Shown here: piece after piece, positions 1-6,118 of the stretch
How the letters are laid out: each line of letters begins with the position of its first letter
How positions within the stretch are numbered: position 1 is the stretch's first letter
Assembly (NCBI GenBank): GCA_041483195.1
Contig: JBGPFC010000004.1
Span: 32,001-96,000, forward strand
Direction of reading: 5' to 3'
DNA length: 64,000 bases
From: Candidatus Eiseniibacteriota bacterium
GTDB taxonomy: Bacteria; Eisenbacteria; RBG-16-71-46
Translations under genes and position numbers: made by a program
The notes under the pieces: model-generated
The model's database searches: none
The model's input: only the letters and a program-made list of their open reading frames with translations
What the model was told of the DNA's origin: nothing

Positions 1-517
1 CGAGGAATCGGGGAAGGAATCGCGACCGGTACACGAGGATCCCCAGCGGGAACAGCCATAGTCCCCAGAAGATCTCAGCGGCGACGACTTCCCGGTCGTG
101 CAGGCGCAGGAACAGCATGGCCAGGGCCTCCCGCTGAGGTTTGTCGAAGACAGACAGGAAGTCGCCGCCGCGCACGAGCATCTCGGCGGCAAAGTCGTTC
201 AGCACGTTGAAGAAGTAGATGGCGGCCGGCATCACGCCCCCCAGGACCACCACCAGCATCGCGAGGTTCTGATCCACCCCCTTGAACAACCGATAGAGCG
301 CCAGCGCGACGAAGATCAGAAGGGTTCCGCCGATCAAGTCGCTGACGATGCCGAGGTGGAAGAGCGAAGCGTGCGCGGAGATGTTGCTGGCCGTCGCGGC
401 CGCGTTGCCGGTCACGATCATGGTGTTGGGGATGTAGATGAGGCGGAGCGGACCGGCGAGCACGATCCCGAGATACAGGAGCCCCGCGACTCTGGCGTTC
501 TTGCTGGTCGAAGTCAT
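1..517 (-). CDS. DUF4386-like integral membrane protein (runs off the window edge)
   Basis: Not in the ORF track because it is truncated. ATG at 517 follows GGAAGGAAG. Translates MTSTSKNARVAGLLYLGIVLAGPLRLIYIP...ALALYRLFKGVDQNLA...IFWGLWLFPLGILVYRSRFLPRFL, a multi-TM pattern typical of DUF4386. Confidence 0.75.
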   Translation of the reverse strand, partial: MTSTSKNARVAGLLYLGIVLAGPLRLIYIPNTMIVTGNAAATASNISAHASLFHLGIVSDLIGGTLLIFVALALYRLFKGVDQNLAMLVVVLGGVMPAAIYFFNVLNDFAAEMLVRGGDFLSVFDKPQREALAMLFLRLHDREVVAAEIFWGLWLFPLGILVYRSRFLPRFL

Positions 518-681
518 GCGCTTCCTTCCGTGGGGGGTAGGGGCCGGAGTACGGCGGAGGGCGTAGGAAGTTCCGGCTCCCTCGAGAGCGTGAGGGTTGA
601 GCGGGTCCGCCCATCACGGTAAGGTGACGCGCCCTCCGTTCGGAAGCGCGCGCTCACCAGGCCGTTGGTGGAGTCCGAGGA

Positions 682-3105
682 ATGAAGCTGCGTCGCGGCG
701 TGGCCGTGCTGGCCCTGCTGCTGATTCACCCGCGCGTTCTCCATGCGCAACCGCCCACCGAGGGCGTGGTCACTGGCATCGTGACCGACGCGTCGACCCG
801 CGCCCCGCTGGAAAACGCCAACTTGCTGCTGCGCAGCCGGGCCGATTCCAGCCGCGTCTTCGCGACCACGACCCTCAAGGATGGCGCGTTCCTCTTCCCC
901 CACGTTCCGCCCGGCGCCTACGTCGTGGAATGCAGCCTCATCGGGCATACCAGCTTCCGCTCGCCGGAGTTCGTGCTCGGCGCGGCGAGCCCACGCATGG
1001 ATCTTCGGACCATCTCCCTGAAACCATCGGCACTGCTGCTCGACGAGGTCGTGATCACTTCGGAGAGGAGTCTCTTCAACAACAGCATCGACCGCCGCGT
1101 GTACAACGTCGATCACGACCTGATGGCCAAGTCCAGCTCGGTAAGCGATCTCCTGCAGAACATCCCATCGGTCCAGGTGGACGTCGATGGCGGCGTTAGC
1201 CTGCGCGGCTCGCCCGACGTGATGATCCTGATCAACGGCAAGAAGTCGCCGCTGATGGGCAAGAGCCGGGCGGACGTGCTGCAGCAGCTCCCGGCCGCCA
1301 CCATCGAGAAGATCGAGGTGATCACGAACCCCTCGGCCCGATTCACGCCAGAGGGCACGTCGGGCATCATTAACATCGTCACCAGGAAGGGCGCCGGATC
1401 CGGGGTCAACGGCGACGTGACGGGGCACGTGGGCACGGCGAGCCGAAGCAACGAGAACCTCTCGCTCGGATACAGGCCGGGCAAGCTCGAGCTGTTCGTG
1501 AACTACAGCCACCGCGACGACCGAAGAAAGCGCATCGGCACGGACGCGCGGAGCCAGATTGCCTCGGGCTCGACGCACAATTCCCTCGAAGACAATCAGA
1601 TCGCGATGCGCCCGCGCGTGCACCTCGGAACTCTGGGCTTGAGCTACCACCCGGATCCGAAGAACACCCTGGAGCTTTCGTCGGAGTACTTCGACCGCCG
1701 GCCCTCGCGCGAGGGGCTCTCCACGATCGTCTCGCAGGGCACTGGCGGCGCGATCCTCTCGGACTACGACCGGCGGCAGTCGGGCTACGAGTCGGAGCAA
1801 GAGACGGGCGGCACCGCCGCATTCGAGCACGACTTTCCGAAGGAGGACCACAATCTGCGGGTCGAGGCCAACGTCTCCGACGTCCCGCAGACGGAGCTGG
1901 CGAACTTCGTCGAGCACTGGCGCACGCCCGCGAAGCCCGATCCCGCGAGCACCATTCTGCTCCGACAGACGGAGCGCCAGGGGCACGTCACGCTCGATTA
2001 CGCCGACCCGGTGGACGAGCAGTCGAAGCTCGAGGCGGGTTACGCGCTGGAAGTGCACCGACAGGACATCCGCTCCGACGCCGAGTCGCTCGACGTGATC
2101 CAGCAGGCGTTCCGACAGGACCTCTCGAAGACGTATCGGTTCAAGCTGGATCAGGCGATCCATGCGGTGTACGGCACCTACGAGCGCTCGCTCGGCAAGT
2201 TCAGCGTGCTCGGAGGGCTGCGGGCGGAGTACGCAAGCGTGAGGTCCGACCTCGTCACCGGCGGGTCGCCGTTCGACGATAAGTACTCCGGGCTCTATCC
2301 GACGCTGCACATGGCCTACCAGGCAAGCGAGCGCGGCCAGGTGCAGCTCAACTACAGCCGCCGGATCCGGAGGCCGGAGAGCGACGACCTCAATCCGTTC
2401 CCGGAATACACGGACCCGTACAACATCGATTCCGGCAACCCGCGGCTCAAGCCCGAATCGATCCACTCGTACGAGCTCGGCTACCGGCTGCGGGGCGAGC
2501 ATTTCTCCTTGGCCCCCACGATCTACTACCGCGACCGGCGCGATGGATTCACGCGGGTGACGCAGGCGATCAACGACTCCACGTTCCTCCGGACCATGGC
2601 GAATCTCGCGAGCGATCGATCCGCGGGGCTCGAGCCGGTGGTGACGATGTCGGTGGGGCGGGCGCTGCAGGCGAACCTGAACGGGAACGTGTTCTACGAC
2701 CAGATCGACGCGTCGAACATCGGGTACGCCGGCAAGAAGTCGGTGGTCTCGTGGAGCGGGACGTTCAACGCGACCGTCACCCCGTGGACCGCGACCGCGT
2801 TCGAGCTGAACTCCAACTACCGCTCGGCCCGGCTCACCCCGCAGGGAGACTCGCGCCCGAGCTTCGGCCTGAACGTGGGGGCGAGACAGAATCTGTTTCG
2901 CGATCGAGTCTCAGTGACCGTTGCCGTCTCGGACCTGCTCAAGACCCAGAGGCAGGAGACGCGGCTGGATGTCTCCGGGATCCAGCAGCGGGTGACGAAT
3001 AAACGGGATGCGCAGATCGTGTACGCGGGCGTTACCTATCACTACGGGCGGCCGGCGAAGGACGAGAAGAAGGAGAAGGGGCTGCAGTGGGAGGACGCGC
3101 CGTAG
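682..3105 (+). CDS. TonB-dependent receptor / outer-membrane beta-barrel family protein
   Basis: Signal peptide, CarboxypepD-like N-domain, plug motifs (DLLQNIPSV, IEKIEVITNPSARF, GIINIVT) and barrel motif GNPRLKPE. Confidence 0.93.
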   Translation: MKLRRGVAVLALLLIHPRVLHAQPPTEGVVTGIVTDASTRAPLENANLLLRSRADSSRVFATTTLKDGAFLFPHVPPGAYVVECSLIGHTSFRSPEFVLGAASPRMDLRTISLKPSALLLDEVVITSERSLFNNSIDRRVYNVDHDLMAKSSSVSDLLQNIPSVQVDVDGGVSLRGSPDVMILINGKKSPLMGKSRADVLQQLPAATIEKIEVITNPSARFTPEGTSGIINIVTRKGAGSGVNGDVTGHVGTASRSNENLSLGYRPGKLELFVNYSHRDDRRKRIGTDARSQIASGSTHNSLEDNQIAMRPRVHLGTLGLSYHPDPKNTLELSSEYFDRRPSREGLSTIVSQGTGGAILSDYDRRQSGYESEQETGGTAAFEHDFPKEDHNLRVEANVSDVPQTELANFVEHWRTPAKPDPASTILLRQTERQGHVTLDYADPVDEQSKLEAGYALEVHRQDIRSDAESLDVIQQAFRQDLSKTYRFKLDQAIHAVYGTYERSLGKFSVLGGLRAEYASVRSDLVTGGSPFDDKYSGLYPTLHMAYQASERGQVQLNYSRRIRRPESDDLNPFPEYTDPYNIDSGNPRLKPESIHSYELGYRLRGEHFSLAPTIYYRDRRDGFTRVTQAINDSTFLRTMANLASDRSAGLEPVVTMSVGRALQANLNGNVFYDQIDASNIGYAGKKSVVSWSGTFNATVTPWTATAFELNSNYRSARLTPQGDSRPSFGLNVGARQNLFRDRVSVTVAVSDLLKTQRQETRLDVSGIQQRVTNKRDAQIVYAGVTYHYGRPAKDEKKEKGLQWEDAP

Positions 3106-3397
3106 GGGGGTGAGTGCGGGCGCGGCGCGTGATCGAGAACGTCGCTGCGGTGCTGGAGGCGGGCTGCATCGCTGTTGTGACGCTTCCAAAGGAGTTCTCG
3201 CTGCCGTTCGTGAAGGCGGCGTTCAAGTGCGGGCTGACGGGTAAGGCGCGCGATCCGGTGTTTGAGGATCGCCCCGCCTCGCATTCTGGAGGGCGATGAA
3301 ACTCTTCGAGGGCGTGGGGCTGGAGCGGTATTGCTCGCGATGCCTTGGGTCTCGATTATCAAGGCCACGGATGCGTCCAGAGCGTTGCAGACGCCAT

Positions 3398-4039
3398 TCA
3401 CTCTGGTTTCTTCGCCCCACGGGCAGCTGAATCGCGCACTCCCGGCGCAAGACCGCGCACAAGTCCACGAGCGCTGTCAGGACTTGAGCGGAGAACCGCC
3501 GCCGTCTCCAATGAGGGCGCTTGCCGTGGGATCACCGCTGTGTCCATCGCACCGACAAAGTCGCGCTCGATCGTAGGAGCAAGCCGCGGGACCGCGTAGT
3601 TGGCGCCCATGCTCGCGAGCACACCGAGGCCAAACACCACAGCGCCCCGAAGAAACTGACGCCACCGTGTCTTGTGTCGGACAAAGAATGGCATGGACCT
3701 GACTACCCACTCCCCCAGGGCAAATCCCAAGAGCACGCTTACAAACCCGAGCATCCAGGTGCCCGAGGCACGATAGGCCACAAGCATCCAGTAGAAGCTC
3801 AGGGTCGCCATCGTCGAAGCGAAGACCCATTTGAACGCCAGCAGCTTCGCACTATCCCGTCCTGGTGGCGGAAACGTCTCGAATGTCTCCTGCATGAGTA
3901 AGAGCGCCAGCAGGATGAAACAGCTCTCGAGCCACGCCGCTGACTTTCCCCGCCCGAGGCCCCGACTGAAGACCGCGGCTGCAATCGTGAAACTCGTCAC
4001 CGTGACAAGGGCCGAGTTGTTCCTGACCCACTCCCGCAA
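3398..4039 (-). CDS. hypothetical multi-pass membrane protein, possibly 5'-truncated
   Basis: About 5 hydrophobic segments. TTG start without a clear RBS, and the frame stays open upstream into the MITE at 4095. Confidence 0.45.
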   Translation of the reverse strand: MREWVRNNSALVTVTSFTIAAAVFSRGLGRGKSAAWLESCFILLALLLMQETFETFPPPGRDSAKLLAFKWVFASTMATLSFYWMLVAYRASGTWMLGFVSVLLGFALGEWVVRSMPFFVRHKTRWRQFLRGAVVFGLGVLASMGANYAVPRLAPTIERDFVGAMDTAVIPRQAPSLETAAVLRSSPDSARGLVRGLAPGVRDSAARGAKKPE

Positions 4040-4094
4040 TTCATGGCGAATGGGCAGAACCTGATCGGGGTCGACGATCAGGGGGCTCTCCTCG

Positions 4095-4170
4095 GAGCCT
4101 GTCCTGATTTCTGTGCAAGCCCCTTCCCGGTCACGCGGTCAGGCGCTTACACAAAATCAGGTACAGGCTC
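4095..4170. mobile_element. 76-bp MITE / internally deleted IS256-like remnant
   Basis: Imperfect ~26-bp terminal inverted repeats: GAGCCTGTCCTGATTTCTGTGCAAGC (4095-4120) and GCTTACACAAAATCAGGTACAGGCTC (4145-4170). The ends resemble IS256-family IRs. No target duplication seen. Confidence 0.6.
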
Positions 4171-4317
4171 GGCGATTTTCCGACACCCTTGGAGATTGGA
4201 GCTTTCACTACGCTGGCTCCCCGTGATGCCCCTGTGCCGCGACGCCCGCTCCGCCAGTTCGCCGAACCAAGAGGTTGCTCCGAGTTGTATGTTCCTCGAA
4301 GGCAAAATGCCGTCCGC

Positions 4318-5685
4318 CTAGAGTTCGCGCCGCAGCCGCTCCTCCGCGGCGCGGATTTCTCGGTTCAAACGCACCCAGAGCGCGCCGACCTGCTTCCGCA
4401 ACGGCATGCTTTCCGCCGCCAAGGCTGCGTCGCGTCCGTAGTGGATGAAGTTCCGATTCCGGGCGCGCTTCGGGTCTTGCGGTCCAAAAGTTCTGGCACT
4501 TCGACCCATGAACGAGAACTTCCGATACAACTTCCGCCGAAAGATCCTATCAATACGATTCCGCCGAGCCGCTGACTCTGCCGACCGAACACCATGCACC
4601 ATCTTCGCGATGAATCCCGCGACTGTTGCTTGCCTCAGCCGAATCGCATTCCCATCCCAGGCAAGGCCAAGGTACTGCAGAGAAACCGGCGACTTGTCCA
4701 GCACTTGCCCCTCTGTCGAGAGCCCAAGACCCGTCTGCCGACCAGCCGTTGATCGGAACGCCACCCGAATCGTCTTGGATTCCTGCACCGTAAGCTTAAC
4801 GCCTTCGACTGCCGAGATGACTGTAGCTTCGGCTTGTCTTGCGTATCCCGGCGGGCAGACCACCAGGATATCGTCGCTGTAGCGTCGATAGCTCGCCCCG
4901 AATTCGCCCAACTGTTCATGCAACGACTCGTCCCCTGCCAACATGTAGAGGTTCGCCAACACCGCGCTAATGGGCGAACCCTGAGGGATGCCGGCCGCCG
5001 AGCGGTTGCATTGAACGTGTGGGCGCAGCATGCTCCTGAACTCCTCAGGGCTGCATACGCGGGCGCCGGCGCGGCCTCGCCGGCGCGGAACGTCCCGACC
5101 CAGGAGATTGCGCACGCTTCCCCGATCGATCCAGCTGTACCGGGTGATTGCCCTGTAGATCGCGAAATGGTCTCTTGGGAGCGTTCGCCCCGTCCCCAAT
5201 ATGCCCAGCCAACGCGCTTTCAGAACACCGTGGTCAAGACTACCGAAGAAATCCTTGAGGTCGAGCGCGATCACATCGCAGTCGCCCGCATGTGCAATCT
5301 CTCGAAATGCGGCAACTGCAAAATCTACGTTGTTCCTCGGTGGACTCAGTTGACGATACGCAAGAACCGAAGCGCCAAAAGGACGCCGATAGTGCTGATC
5401 GAGCATCGTGGTGAGGTCAGAGGCGTACTTCGAGTAAATGTGGCTATCCATGTGGGCCGCAGAGCAGAGCTCACGCTGCTTGGGCTGACCCCGATGGCGC
5501 TTTTTCGTGTCAGGGTCCCGGACATAGCGTGGGGTAGTCTTCGTGAAGCGAAGAAATGGCCAGAACGCGTGTCTGGCGACACATTCGGGATCGACGCAAT
5601 AGGCGATGGCGCGGTCCGGGGCGACCGGCCGGTCGAAATGCGCGTATCCGCGCTGGCGGAACAACGGATGTCTCTCGGCGCTCAC
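4318..5685 (-). CDS. drt2: DRT2-type (UG2) antiviral reverse transcriptase, ~455 aa
   Basis: RT motifs LDLKDFFGSLDH, GIPQGSPISAVLANLYM, YRRYSDD, LQYLG. N-terminus HPLFRQRGYAHFDRPV...HAFWPFL...AAHMDSHIY and C-terminus RKLYRKFS...RNFIHYG match my recollection of Klebsiella DRT2 (PWFRKRGYLHFDEPV, SSHLDSHIY, KKLYARYS, RNFLTYG). GTG at 5685 is preferred over ATG 5727, which lies inside an RNA hairpin. Confidence 0.9.
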   Translation of the reverse strand: MSAERHPLFRQRGYAHFDRPVAPDRAIAYCVDPECVARHAFWPFLRFTKTTPRYVRDPDTKKRHRGQPKQRELCSAAHMDSHIYSKYASDLTTMLDQHYRRPFGASVLAYRQLSPPRNNVDFAVAAFREIAHAGDCDVIALDLKDFFGSLDHGVLKARWLGILGTGRTLPRDHFAIYRAITRYSWIDRGSVRNLLGRDVPRRRGRAGARVCSPEEFRSMLRPHVQCNRSAAGIPQGSPISAVLANLYMLAGDESLHEQLGEFGASYRRYSDDILVVCPPGYARQAEATVISAVEGVKLTVQESKTIRVAFRSTAGRQTGLGLSTEGQVLDKSPVSLQYLGLAWDGNAIRLRQATVAGFIAKMVHGVRSAESAARRNRIDRIFRRKLYRKFSFMGRSARTFGPQDPKRARNRNFIHYGRDAALAAESMPLRKQVGALWVRLNREIRAAEERLRREL

Positions 5686-5699
5686 GGATGATTTCCGAT

Positions 5700-5978
5700 G
5701 TAGCGGTGGAGGGCGGATCGACGGCATCCGCAGACGCCCTCCACCTCAAAGTTACCGAAGCACCGTGACGAAGCACTTCGAGTATGTCCACGCCCGTCGT
5801 CCTAGGACAATCGAAAGGAGCGTATGATCGTGATGCTGATCCTGCTCGTCGCGCTGATCGTCTCACCGTGGCCCGACTTCGGGCGGCAGGTGGCCGGCTG
5901 GGCCGGGTCCGCGTTGGTTGCGGCACTCACAGGCGAGTTGCAGCACACCCCTCCGCTTGAGCATCAACCCCAAGCGCG
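5700..5978 (-). ncRNA. DRT2-associated ncRNA (template + scaffold), ~280 nt
   Basis: Lies directly upstream of the RT and downstream of a sigma70 promoter. Stems (+ coordinates): 5954-5959/5971-5976, 5817-5826/5944-5954, 5871-5884, 5894-5906, 5785-5789/5805-5809, 5756-5760/5776-5780, 5705-5715/5735-5745. Loop-loop complement 5719-5724/5794-5799. Confidence 0.8.
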
Positions 5979-5985
5979 CAGGTAG
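5824..5985 (+). CDS. neo: Neo-like hidden ORF antisense to the DRT2 ncRNA (single genomic unit, 53 aa)
   Basis: AAAGGAG-cgt-ATG, then MIVMLILLVALIVSPWPDFGRQVAGWAGSALVAALTGELQHTPPLEHQPQARR*. Helix-Pro break-helix pattern, and the frame is stop-free across the predicted template. Below the ORF-track size cutoff. Confidence 0.6.
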   Translation: MIVMLILLVALIVSPWPDFGRQVAGWAGSALVAALTGELQHTPPLEHQPQARR

Positions 5986-6013
5986 AGTAAGTCCCGCGTT
6001 GGGCGCCGGTCAA
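5984..6013 (-). promoter_or_regulatory. sigma70-type promoter for ncRNA-drt2
   Basis: Minus strand TTGACC (6013-6008)-N18-TACTCT (5989-5984). The predicted TSS near 5977 falls at the base of the first hairpin. Confidence 0.7.
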
Positions 6014-6118
6014 GCACCTGATCAGCTGTTGGAGGCCAGGGACCCGAGCCGGGATTCCCTAGGCTCCATTCCTTAAGAGGGGACACCCCACGAGCTTGGG
6101 CACGTTAGAGCTACCGGT

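Noticed and set aside
3114..3299. 61-aa ORF after the TonB receptor
   Set aside because: Coding-like codons but no recognisable family; may be a gene remnant at the island edge. Not supportable.
4318..5727. RT as retron, group II intron or DGR enzyme; start at ATG 5727
   Set aside because: No VTG retron motif, maturase/HNH domain or TR/VR repeat pair; termini match DRT2. ATG 5727 sits inside the ncRNA 3' hairpin and adds a non-homologous extension.
5510..5926. 138-aa minus-strand ORF over the ncRNA
   Set aside because: Arg/Pro-rich shadow ORF overlapping the RT out of frame; better explained by the ncRNA.
6030..6112. Possible integron attC site (CTCTAAC after the stop codon plus hairpin)
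   Set aside because: No matching GTTRRRY box at the other end, no similar sites after other genes and no integron integrase.
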